Assembly (NCBI RefSeq): GCF_000002075.1
Contig: NW_004797502.1
Coordinates: 207,339-271,338 of the forward strand
From: Aplysia californica
Taxonomy: Eukaryota
DNA: 64,000 bases
Direction of reading: 5' to 3'
Position numbers and translations under genes: made by a program. Shown here in pieces: positions 1-12,500 of this stretch. Positions within the stretch are counted from its first letter, which is position 1, and each line of letters starts with the position of its first letter. The notes beneath the pieces are model-generated. The model ran no database searches, was not told the origin of the DNA, and saw nothing but the letters and a program-made list of their open reading frames with translations.

Positions 1-473
1 AGTGAGAGAGTGTGTGTGTGTGTGTGTTTGAGCGCCTGTGTGCACGTGTGACCGACAGATTTAGGGGCAACGGAGTCAGTATTAGTAAACAATCGCCTCT
101 GGTGTGCCTTTTCTGCGACACCGTGAAAAAAAACAACACCAATTTGTTATTGCTGCTGTCGGCGTTGTTACTGTTGCTGTTTTTCTCATTGTTGTTGTTG
201 ATATTTCTTGTTGTTCTTTCTGTCGTTGATGTCGTTGCTGCAGCAGAGCTGCTGTTTGCACGTCAAGGCATGGAGTAAAGCACCCTTTTCAACTCAGTGA
301 GCTTATCATCGAAGAGACGGGACCTCCGAATTTAAAGTTTATGTCGGATGGGATCGAGTCAAGTCGATGGAGAGCCTTAAATTAGGACATAGGACACTTC
401 CACAGAGCGGAAGTTTAAATGCCATCGTTGGTATCGCGTGATTGTTCATGTTTGTTTGGTTGATGATGCCAGG

Positions 474-560
474 GGGCTCTCATGGTCTAGATGTTACGGG
501 GTTCCTCTCATTCAAAGGTCCCGGGTTCGAATCCGGGAAGTCACGGGAAAAAAAATTCTT
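474..560 (+). mobile_element. tRNA-derived SINE head
   Basis: A-box-like TGGTCTAGATG and B box GGTTCGAATCC; no complete cloverleaf. Confidence 0.5.
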
Positions 561-664
561 CTCTAAAATTGTCTCCTTTCACCTCCTTTCCTGTCCTCTA
601 GCAATCTTCTGTCTTTAAATGGCTGTTTATATATCATATTATATCTAGTTTGTAGTCTTAAAAA

Positions 665-881
665 CATTAATGGTGTTTTACGCCCCCATCGACAAAATTT
701 AGATAATTCAGGAGTGGCCTTTGACCCTGCTGTCCACGACCAAACCGGGCTGGGAGGGATATAACATCCAAGCAATAAGACAGAGATACTCGGTAAGAAT
801 TTCAAGTATTCTCTCAGAAATCGAGCCCGGATCTCTTTCGTGCGACAGCGAAGCACCTATAACCGCCGTAGAACAGATGCC
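665..881 (-). mobile_element. tRNA-derived SINE; related degenerate copies at about 17420-17610 (+), 47070-47200 (-) and 56540-56790 (+)
   Basis: Degenerate A/B boxes, shared body 'gagtatctc...ttgtatccctc(t/c)cagc' and 3' GGCGTAAAACAC-type tail. Confidence 0.55.
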
Positions 882-1165
882 GATGATTTGTGTTTGGAAT
901 AAGGATGCTCACACTACTCATACAATGACGTATCTCAATAGAAGAGCTACCGACCTATATCACAAACTTCAAGTATAGGTAAGCTTGCTGAAAAATGGTG
1001 AACAATAACCGCCTTTACTATTACCTGGAGAACTCCAACAGCTTGAACCCACACCAAGCAGGTTTTTAAAAAAGCAGCAATACAGAAGACCAACTTTTCA
1101 AACTAAGTCAAGACATCCAGGATGGTTTTCAGGAGACTTAACACACCATTAAATGTTTTGTAGAT

Positions 1166-2580
1166 AAATAATAATAATGCATTGCATTTATATAGCGCAT
1201 ATCCACTTATGCAATGCTCTATGCGCTTAACGTGATACATATTAAGGATTTACAAATCAATTTTAAAGGCACGTAGTGTTACATACGCGTGCCCACACAT
1301 ACTCACGCACGCACGCACGCACCACACACACATACATACACTACACACATACACACATACGTACATACGCACATATGCACATAAACTCACAACGATCGAC
1401 AGCTTGGATGGATTCTGTCTAATCGAAATATGATGAAAATAGAAATGCTTTTAGTTTCTTCTTAAAAATTTCTAGATTTTCTGCTTCTCTGATAGTTTTT
1501 GGAAGTTTGGAAGCCTATTCCAAAAAAGTGGGGCAAAATATGAAAAAGAGTGTTGGCCATATGTTTTGTTATTTATTTTAGGTTTAACAAGGGTTGTTTT
1601 GTCACTTGATGATCTGAGCGTTCTAGTGGGTACATAGGGTGTTAAAAACTGTTTTAGATAGTCAGGTGATAAATAGTGTAAGCACTTGTAGCAAGTTAAA
1701 CATATTTTATATATGATACGCTCTTTCTCCGGGAGCCAGTGTAGTTCTTTTAAAATAGAAGTCACATGATCATGCGTTAGTTTCTTAATAATTATCTTGG
1801 CAGCAATATTTTGTACTCTTTGTAGTAGTTGTAACTGTTCATCGGGTACACCAGCCAGTAAGGAATTGCAATAAGCAATCCTTGACAATATAAGTGATGT
1901 TATTAAAGTTTTGGTGACACCAACAGATAGCTATTTTCTAATGCTCCCTATTTTCTTCAATTGGAGCTATAGATTTATACAAAGATTGGATATATAGGAT
2001 TTCATTGACATATCTTGATCTAGCACTACGCCTAAATTTTTTTACTTTAGTTTGGGCTGATATTTCGTGGCCATTGATGTTTATTCTGATATTGTCGATT
2101 TCATTGCATGCGCTGCTACGAAGAAATAATATTTCGGTCTTATCCTCATTTAATTTTAATTTGTTCTTAAGCATCCATTTTCTTATATCATTGTTAAATC
2201 TGGCGATTCTATCTATGAGATTGTGTACATTGTCAGTTGTAGTGAATCCATACAGCTGTGTATCGTCTGCATAAAGATGGTAATTGAGGGCATATAAAGA
2301 AATTATTGATGACAGACTTTGCGTGTACATTGTAAAGATGACAGGACCAAGGACCGAACCCTGAGGGACTCCATACTTTAGAGGTGACCTATCTGACACA
2401 TCATTGCCAATTTTCACTGACATAAATCTATTTTCTACATATGATTTAAACCACATTAGAACAGTACCTGATAGTAAAAATGACTTTTCCAATCTCTCTA
2501 GTAAAATTTCGTTGTCGATGGTATCGAACGCCGCTGACAAATCAAGTAGAACCAAAACACTGACTTTTTTACATTTAAAA
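1166..2580 (-). mobile_element. 5'-truncated L2/CR1-group LINE (RT C-terminal half plus 3'UTR), frameshifted
   Basis: LLDLSAAFDT, YGVPQGSVLGP, YADDTQLY, NKLKLNEDKTE, SRIAYCNSLL, LHWLP..RIIYK. 3' stem-loop gcgcatagagc...gatatgcgc followed by a (TTA)n tail at about 1166-1230. Confidence 0.9.
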
Positions 2581-2589
2581 CATCTGATG

Positions 2590-4692
2590 ATAACTTTAAA
2601 AGAGCAGTTTCCGTACTGTGATGCCTTTTATAAGCAGATTGAAAAGGTTCTTCCATGTCATTGGCCTTTAAATGTTGTTGATCTCCAACAGGCGTATGAC
2701 AGAGTGTGGAGAAAAGGCCTACTCATGAAGATGGTCGACCTTGGGATGCACGGAAAATTGTATAAATGGATCGAAACATCGAAACCAAGGTGAACAATGT
2801 CCACTCGTCAAGAGAAGTACTCAAGGAAGGCCTACCCCAAGGTTCCTGTTTGAGTTGCACTTTGTTCCTGATCTTCAATGACGTAGCGAAGGAGCTAAAA
2901 TCTGAAAAGACTATCTACGATGATGATCCTGCTCTCTGGCAGACACATCACAGCACGATAGTAGGAGCAGGAAAATCAAATGAAGACCTCAAGAGGCTCC
3001 ACAATTACTGTCAGAAATGGAAGCTCAAAATAAACTGCTCGAAAACAGTATACACCATCTTTACAAAGAGCCATAAAACAGCCAAAGAAAAACTCCAACT
3101 GAAGATAGGAAATGAAAATCTCCCCAAAGAAGAACAACCAACATACCTAGGAGTCAAGCTTGACCAAAGTCAGACCATGAAAAGCCAAGTGGAGAACATA
3201 AAGAACAAGACGAAAAGAAAAATCCAACTTAAAAAACAACAACTCGCAAGCAGTTCATGGAGGTCAGACAAACAAACTCTGAGAGCTCTATACCTTGGTT
3301 ATGTCCGATCTTCCTTGGAATACTATGTGTGGTACAACTACTTGCAATACCCTTGACCAGGTCCAAAATAATGCACTTCGTTTCATAAGAGGTGGCAGGA
3401 GATCTACACCTACTGCCGCATGAGAAATTCTTTCAAATATTGAACCTCTGGGAATTCGCAGAGATAAAGCAATTTTGGAGCTCCATGAAAGAACCAAAAG
3501 AATGTGCCCCAACCACCCAAACAGGAAATTAGTAGAAACAAGGAAACTTAAGAAACGACTTCAACAAAAATCAATCATGCATCACATCACAGAACTAATG
3601 GAAAGTCACCATCTACTATAAAATAAACGAGAAACTAAAAAAGCCAACCAGAACATCCCTTCCCATATTTCTATGGAAAAACCAATCATTACAACATCTC
3701 TCAGAGACAATAGCACAAAATCTTCAGACCCAGTGATGTTGATGCTTGTATCACATCAAACAATCGACAGCTATACAGATGATGGAATACACGTCTATAA
3801 GACAGCTCAGCATTCAAAGGCACAACCAAAGCTGGATATGGAATACTAATACAGTACCCAGGTGGAAGTTCCAATGAGATCTCTGCAGCCTGTTGAGAGT
3901 AATGCAACGACTACGATGCAGAAATGATAGTAATTGAAAAAGCACTATACCATATCCGCACCGTTTTTGACACTCATTCAAACAAAACAAAAAGAGTATA
4001 GTTATTTTCACTGACTCACTATCAGTCTTGCAAGCGATAGAAAATGATCACCATCTTAACGAAGATTTGACACATAGTGTTTGGCTCCTATTCCCCTGAC
4101 AACATCCTGTGGCGTCAACCTGGTGATGCAGTACATTCCCGGACACTCAAACATACCTGGAAATGACAGAGCAGACACACTCACCCAAAGAGGATCTAGA
4201 CAGGAACAAACCAACATTCCAACTTCATACAACACTGCAAAACAAATCATTAAAAGCAACAGCAAACAAGATTGGATGAACAGATGGGCCTTGGGAAAGA
4301 TAGGCAGAGCAGTTTTCAAACATACGACAACTAAACGAAATGACAATATCAGCCATCTACAGAGAAAGAAACAGACCATGATCTTCCACAACGAACAGGA
4401 CATAAATCGGCTCAACATTCACTTCAACAGAACAAAACCAGAATTTCCCCCAATGTGTTCTTTGTGTGACTATGCATATGAGACTGTGGATCACCACCTT
4501 TTCCACTGTACAGCCCTAATTGACATCAGCGCAACACTTCTCCCTCAGACTCAGAGACGTAACATTGACAACACACTCTACGGAACATTACAGCAACTGC
4601 AGCAAACCTGCACCTATCACTATGTGGCATTGGACAGAAGGGCGAGAGCCCAGCTGTCGCTGGATCGATAACAACAACAACAAAAACAACAA
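2590..4692 (+). mobile_element. 5'-truncated I-group (Ingi/Nimb-like) LINE with RT, RNase H and CCHC; degenerate
   Basis: DLQQAYDRVWR, GLPQGSCLS, PTYLGVKLD, RNase H motifs TDSLS and IPGHSNIPGNDRAD, CSLC...HHLFHC knuckle, (CAA)n tail at 4669-4692. Multiple frameshifts and stops. Confidence 0.88.
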
Positions 4693-4704
4693 ATAGAAGT
4701 TGCA

Positions 4705-4945
4705 CCATTACAACCATTAAGGCAGTGAGAACCAAAATTGAAAACAACATCGGGGCGTGTGATTAGAAGACCTCCTAACTTGACTAGACTTCTGTGAAAA
4801 GACGAAAACTAAAGTGGCATGGGCATGTCACACGATCATCTGGGTTGGTCAAGACCATCCTACATACAGGTTTTAGTTTTTAGTTTTAGTAGAGGTTTTA
4901 CAGGGACCAGACAAGGAAGGGGCGAAGAGGCAAATAGAGGCAATG
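4705..4945 (+). mobile_element. RTE-clade LINE C-terminal fragment
   Basis: Translates to EDLLT...VKRRKLKWHGHVTRSSGLVKTIL...GRRG, typical of the RTE/BovB ORF end. Confidence 0.7.
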
Positions 4946-6857
4946 GTAGATAGTCTAGATATCACAGTCAACTGGCCGTGAGTTAAATTTCATGATGACT
5001 ATAGAAGTCAAGGGATATGTGAAGATGAAAGTGATACTCTACTCTACATAGTTACGCAAATTTGAAGAAAAAAGTGTAATCAAAATTGCCGGAAGAAATT
5101 TCCATAAAAACAAAAGATTTTAATATTGAGCTTTATTTCTTGACACATTTACTACATATAATTTTATAGTTTTCACCTTTTCCAAAAATGGACAAAAGTA
5201 AAAACAATATACACGAATTAGGTTTAGATTGATCTATAAAAAAACAATGATCTGGTACATCAATCGTGAGACAGTTTTGGCGTATGGAAGGGCAAAAATA
5301 ACACAAAGAAATGTAACAGACAACAGCAGCAGTTTCTTCAGAATACCTGAAGATGTATTTAAAAAATGTTTTAAAAAAGAAAATCAGAAAAAGAATAGAG
5401 AAAATTCAAGTGTTATTTTTGCCTCTGCACCAAATAATACTGGTATATGAATTTGATTCTCAAAAATGTATCATGTGTATATAGGATAAAAAGAGTATTC
5501 ATTCCAAACAAAATGAAATTTCCTGGAACTACAGCAGTATTTCACATGTATCACATTATGCTTGTCAAATTATTAAGACACTGGACCTAGCACGGTGAGC
5601 AGAATACTAAAGATCAGCTGGCTGAATAACAACATCATCAACAACAACAACAACAAAAGCTGAGCACAAGAAAGAAAACATTTAATAAAAACAACGCTGA
5701 AAAAGATTGCAAAGTACATGACTTACGATGGTCATAGTGCGGTAAAATGGTAATAATTTTAAGAGGTTGTGCAGCGATTCTTCTAATTTGCCAAAAAAAA
5801 TACTACATGAAAAATGCTTTCATGTAAAGGAGCAGCAGTATGCAAACTGATAAACAGTTTGAAAGCAAAACAGCAGGGGTATTTCCAGCTTAAAAATTTC
5901 GCTAGTAGAAAGTGACAATTTTCTTGTTATGAAAATATAATTTGTTGAGGTCAATATTTATGTTCTATAATACATTTTAAAACAACACGTCTAAAAAAAT
6001 GGAATCAGTTAGAGTACATGATTTGCTTTGAGAAGGTTACTTTTTTTCATTGATACCTATTCCCACCAATAGGAGACAGGTTGGGAAAGTGTCCAACAAC
6101 AAGGACACACATCTTACGAGTAAGGAAGTGAGATGTCAGAGAAATATGCGACAGCATGTTCTGCGAGTCTGCTGGTGGGTCTTCTGTGATGTCAGCAATC
6201 TAGTCGACACACACACACACTACTGGACACCAAAAGCTTTTCAGCAAAATGGAGTAACTGCTTAAAAGAATTCATTTCTTCAGCACCACTGGACTGAAAC
6301 CCTATGGCCATTGTCAGGGAAAACAATATTAGAAGAAGTGGAAGAAAGAAATGAAAATGTCCACTCGGAACTGGGAATACATGGACAAACACTTGACAAA
6401 ACTATTACCATTTCATTTTCAGAACATCCAAGATAGGCCTACAGTAATTTTGAGAAGCAAAGATATAGTTTTCCTCAATGTTCTGACAATATTAGTGGAA
6501 AGAGATTTGGAAACTGGTAAGATGGATTTTAAAAAGAAATTAACAGGATTTTTTTTCTACGTCCCCACCACATTAAATTAATTGTTCCCATGGGTCCTTC
6601 TGATGAATCAGGTTTTTTTCCCTTATTTCTTACGCTTTGCTTTAAAAACATTCCCTTCTGCAGATAATTGGTCATTGTCAGACATGACAAAAGAAACTCT
6701 TATTTTACTATTATCATTATCATCATTATAATATATTATCATCCTTATATAATGTAGAACTCGGACACATGTGATCCTCCTCCGGTGCATGGTTTGTTGT
6801 TGTGGCCACTTTATGGCATCAGTACACAGTCAAAAAGGTGAGATATCAATCATTTAA

Positions 6858-6958
6858 CCCTTCAGATATGACGCATTTTGTATCCCCAGGTACATCAAGA
6901 AGTGGAAAATTGTGCAAATCCATGATGTACCAGGTACGTCAATATGGCATTGAAGGGG
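6858..6958. mobile_element. piggyBac-like MITE
   Basis: TTAA flanks (6854-6857, 6959-6962), CCCTTC/GAAGGG termini, internal inverted repeat. Confidence 0.55.
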
Positions 6959-9399
6959 TTAATAGTTTGCTGAGTTAAGTGTTCTTTGCATCGGAGATGA
7001 AACAAAAGCAAGTCCAAGACATGTTTGAAGACATTAATATTTGTATCACAAACAAGTATTAGCCTATGTCTTGAGGACTTTTGTTACCCAATACTCAAAG
7101 TACACAATGAGTCATTTAGGTCAGCTTAGAGTCTGTGATTGACTCAAACTCAAAAGTTAAAAAATTGTAATTCCTGCTCTGTTCTCCAAGGTGAATATAA
7201 CTCGTCTTCTGAAAGGCTAACGATGCTTTGCTCTCTTACCACTAAAGAAACCTACTTAAAGTCACAAGGAATGTAAAATTGAAACAAAATATCAAGAATC
7301 TCTGTACACTTGCGCACTGTAGGCCTACATAAATTCTTAACAAAGTTGACGGAGCCAAAGAATTATAAAAGTGTTAATCACAGTTACAATAAAATTTTGT
7401 CATGACTTGAATACTTACAATGCACATAAAGATATAAAATAATCACACTATGTGAAAAAAAAAAAAAATTATATAGAATATTGAATTTACATAGTTTGCT
7501 GTTTTCAGGAATAGCGTTTACCGTTTATCATAAGAATACTATTAATGGACCACCTTACTTGTGCAAAGGTAGAGCTTTTGATGCACAGCTCATGTGAATA
7601 CAAAATATATTTTCACGTTTTAAACAAATTTCTAAATATTTTACACACTAGCTCAAATTTGTAAAAATTCTCTTTGTACAAACAAATATTGACCCTTTCC
7701 TACCTTTTACTTGAACAAAGTATGTACATTGAACAATTTTTAATTTCCTAAATATACCTACAAACAGTCTTCAAAAAGTATAAACTCTGTGAGAAATTGG
7801 ACACAATGCACTTTTATTCTACAGTTAAGTGTAAATAAGCACTTACTTTTCAATAACTCCCTCGGCTGATCTGTTTACTCCAAATCAGACGACAGTCCCA
7901 CTATGGTCTTACACAGTTGCAGTCTCTTAGGCCAGCACCACATACTATTTTAAATATTTTCTCCATCCATGACCCATTTGTAGTTGGGTAGACTAAGGAA
8001 AAGAAGGTAGAATAATTTTCCTAACCATATTTGCAAGAATAAAGTCCTATCCAACAAAGCCAGGAATCAAACTCCCATCTTTATTTGTGAATTGTAATTG
8101 TAGACGTAGATGTGTTTCACCTCCATCGACACAATTTATATCACAGCTCAACTGGGATTCCGCTAGGATCATACATAGTAGAAATGTCGGCTCAAAATCG
8201 AAACATGGACTAAAATTGAGTCAGCTGTGAGGTATACATTCTATAAAAACGTTGGAAGAAGGGAATCAGGTAGAGAAGTGGCATAACATTTTTATAAGAT
8301 AATTGCAAACAAAGAAGTGAACTAAGTGAAAAGAGGGGTAACCCTTTCAGACTGTTTGTTTTTCCTAGATGAGAATAACATTTTATTTGAACCTAAAAGT
8401 CAGTTTTTGGTGTGCATTTTTCCCCCTAGTGTAAATACAAATGACCCTAGAAGTAAAAATAACAACGATCAGTGTCTTTCGAGCTCATTAAAGAGCTAAA
8501 AAGGTATTTTAGAATACTTCAGAATGAATATAATCTTAATAAATAACTACAATAATTAAGTCACACACTATTTCCAATTGTCTGTGCATTTACATTCAGA
8601 ACAGACTTAAAATTGAGCTTTTTTTAAACCACATTAATCCTTCCTATGACAATAATGGACTCATCCGGAAGTAGGCAAAAAATTTAGCATGAGTTGAAAG
8701 CTGTAGAATTTGATATTTGAGCAGGTTTCAGTTTGGAAGAGGTTGCTGCTAATCACATGAGAACATCATCTACGCTTGACTAATGGGTCTTATTTTTTAA
8801 ATTGAAAGAACAGTGTGGAGGAAAAGAAGCTTATTGAAAGCCTACATCGTGAATAAAATCTTTTTTATTTGAAGTGAATTGTTTGAATTATCCTAGTCTG
8901 GTGTGAAATAATACTATGTAAATTGTTTAAAAATCTTTCAAATCACAAAACTTAGCATCGTTTTTAAATCTTTTTTTACATACAACAAAATATCATCGCT
9001 CTTGTAATAAGACCAGCTAACCCACAAAATAGCTGTTATTAAAAATTTTGACAAATCGATAGTGAATTATATTTATATTTCATATGCTCAGTCATAAACA
9101 GGTCTGATTTTTGGCTGGAAAAGCTCCGAAAGCTGAACAGCTCGTTGGTAGTCAAATAGCTGTGTGATGATACCAAATAAGATTTTTGCTTCTCTTGTAA
9201 AAGTTGCTTTGCTGCACTTAGCCAGTCTTATAGCAAAGGTGACAATATAATCCATTAAGTATTAATGTCCAACAAGTCACAATTTTTTTATATGTGACAT
9301 GTTACACACTTGATAAATATAGTTCAGAGATAGGTTAGCAATAAAGGGACAGTTCTCATGTTGTGATAGGATGAATGTCTGCTTATGTGTTAGTATAAA

Positions 9400-9530
9400 T
9401 TTAAAGAGTGCATGTAAGCATGTTCTTTCACTTGTGTTTTGTGTGTAAAGATGAAAGTATTGTAAAATGCCTAGAGCTGTATTGTACAGGAGTGGGCGCC
9501 ATAGAAAAAATCAGGATTATAATCATAATA
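9400..9530 (+). mobile_element. L2-type 3' end fragment; homologous copy at 31370-31540
   Basis: Shared 'gatgaa(a/g)gtattgtaaa...ctgtattgta(c/t)aggagtggg' followed by an ATT-rich tail. Confidence 0.55.
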
Positions 9531-9535
9531 TATCA

Positions 9536-12500
9536 TCAATGGAGATGATGTTTCAAAAATTCGTTGTAGTTGACCCAGTCTGTAAAGTTTTTATCGTATT
9601 TATCTTGTAATTGCTGGAACTCATTCTCCGACAGGTTGATGTTGAACATGCGCAACACTCTGCGGAACTCCTCGGATGTGACCAAGCCTTTTGTCTCCTG
9701 GTCCACGTTCCTGAACTCCCTCCTCATCTCCTTCCAGTTCTGACCCACGCAGTCTTTTGTGCGCCGGGCAGCGTCGTTTTCCTCCCCTTCTTCTTCAATC
9801 GTGCCATTTGGATGCTGGGAAAGAGAGAAAACTATGTTTATCTAAGGAATGTTACAACATGAGACAAATGAGACAAATGTCAGAAACCATGCGTGGGTGG
9901 TTGGCAGGTGCTCTAATGAGCTTTGCTCCCTCTTTCCTATCAAACATCTATCATCCTTATCCCCCTTCTTTCTTTTCTTTGAATGTACCTGCGGCTCAAA
10001 ACCCTGAACCCACCACTTCACGATTATGAGTCGATAGTCAAACCACTTGACTACCAACGCTATAACACGTACATCACATTATGAACATAAGAGTACTATG
10101 ACATAAAACTACTTACATATAACTTTTTCGCCGGCATCCTGTCTCGATTTGTCAATACTCTCTGTTCTCCAGGCTTTACAGACAGCAGGAAATGACGAAT
10201 GAAGTCACTGTAGTGGAAGCGGCCATTTTCGTTGATATCGTATTTGATTGCCAGATCATTGAAGTCAGGAGGAGGGAGAAGACAACCATACTGGCTCAGT
10301 ACATCTACGAAAGAAAATTTTCATATAGTTACTATATGATTTCAAACCGAAGTATAATGGGTAAAGAAAATTCAATAAGTCTCAGATAAAATTAAATGAG
10401 CCCGGAAAAGCAGTATAAATCACCTTTAACTGTTAATCTCAGGGTTCTGTAGACCTGTATAAACCCTGATAAAGTATAACAAATTTTAGTAACAGAAAAG
10501 ATTACATCTTAAACCATTTTTATTCAACAAATAGCAGTTATGGGGAAAAAAATCTTACAGGAACTGAAACTGAACATTTTTTTCAAAGAAACTACTAATT
10601 CTGTGGCATTCACATTTTAAACATTATATGTTTTTGTTAACTCTAAAATGAAGCACAACAGTATTTCACTTAAATGACAAAAATTAGTACATTGTATGGC
10701 CGAGTAGTTAAATATAAAGCAGTTGACATATCAACTCTGGACGGTAATGGTTTTTAAGATATATAAATAAAATACAAAACACGTCCTTATTATAGAAATG
10801 TGAAGCACCGTGATGAAATGTGGCGCTCGTCAAAGTAATGAAATCGAAGAAACTGACGTTTTTCTATCCGTCTGACAATTTTTATTGAATTTATATTTTT
10901 CGACTCAAAACCTTTAAGGTAATTTTAAAAACGCATTTCTGTGTGGATTTTATTGAAAAATGTTAATTTAAGGCACAAAAATGTAAATTTGCAGCTTCTA
11001 AGGGCTATCAAGCTTTTGAAGTCGCCAAACTTTGGTATCCATTTTCTTGCTAATTTTACCTCTAAGACCATGAGGCGAGCCCCACCTCGTTCAATTGCAA
11101 ATATCTTGACTTCTGTTCATGATAGTTGAGCATTTTTTTTTTCAAAAGGAAGGCAAATGGACAAGCTTTAAAATGATACAAATAACTCCACATGTCCAAG
11201 AATTGACGATCGCCTGATTCCACCACGTTGAGACATAAATGTCCCAGCTGAAACTATCTTCAAAAAGGACCTATTGTGTCTAATTTGTCAATCAAGTTTT
11301 GACAACAAGTTAAATACAATAAAAACAAAAAACAAAAAAAAACAGCAACAAAAGAGCCATACTTATATCAATGTGTGTTTAACTTGGGTTTTTGTTCTTT
11401 GGGGGAGGGGGGGGGGGTTGCTTTAAGTGTGGTTACTTAAATAATGGTCACTTTTGTGTCACAAACCTCCAAACTGAGTTACAGAGATAGTGCCAGAATT
11501 ATCCACATCCATGTCACGGCATCGCTTCTGAATTTCCTTCCAGTAACGGAACACTGTGTCTTTGACTTGTCGTTCGGCTGACTCAGCATTCACCAGAGGG
11601 GTGGCCGCTCGGCCAGATCGAGAACTAGACCGAGACATTCTGGAGAACGGTCGATTGCTTACCTGGGGGGCAAAGTGAAGAACAATAAAACGTATTATTC
11701 GTTAGGCCAACATTTTAAAAAACGAGTCACTTAAATTCTGATACACACCACAAGAGAATAACCATATTATGTTAACAACAACAAAAAATACCAAACAACA
11801 ATAAAAACTTCACTGAATTTGTAAACATGTCAGGGTCACTTATTCAGCACTCAAAGCGTAGTCCTGAAATATTCCCCATTCCCTGTCAAAGAGGCTTAAT
11901 AGATCCAGTTGAGGAATTACTGACTCATAAGAAAAAGAATGAAGCTGCAAAATAATGTGAACTTTCAGGTTGTACCAAGAACATGTGGAAAATTTATCAG
12001 ATTATGTTATGGGCTGTAACAGACATTTTCAGATCAAAATTTTCTCGAGAAATTGGACAATATATCTGTTGAAGTCTGCCACCCCTACAGAGTATAATGT
12101 GCTTGTGCTAAGCTCAGCATATCCATGAACCTTCTCTTCTTCATCTTCTTCTTCTTTTTCTTCCTCCTCTTTTCCTCCTCCTCCTCCTCTTCCTCCTCCT
12201 CCTCCGCATCATCATCATTACTTTTTCTAAAATAAAAGCTGAAAAAGTCATCTCCTCTTTCAGGTCTACAGGAGGGGAGAAGTATTACGCCACTTACTCT
12301 GGATGCAGGGCGTTGGGACATGGAGGTCGACGGTCTCCCTTGTTGCCCCGCCAAGTTTTGGGCTGAGGTTTTGTTGGCAGACGATTGCACGGGACCAGAA
12401 TCCATCATGATTGGCATGTCCTCGGAGAACACCTTCAAAAACTGTTTGTACTCCAAGTTTCCGTAGGTGTTGATTGGCGATACATTCCATAGTCTCTCAA

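Noticed and set aside
12-278. 88-aa hydrophobic ORF
   Set aside because: Built from (GT)n and (TTG/CTG)n low-complexity repeats with a non-ATG start.
474-560. Possible tRNA genes (also 60962-61030)
   Set aside because: A/B boxes are present but acceptor stems do not pair; these are SINE heads.
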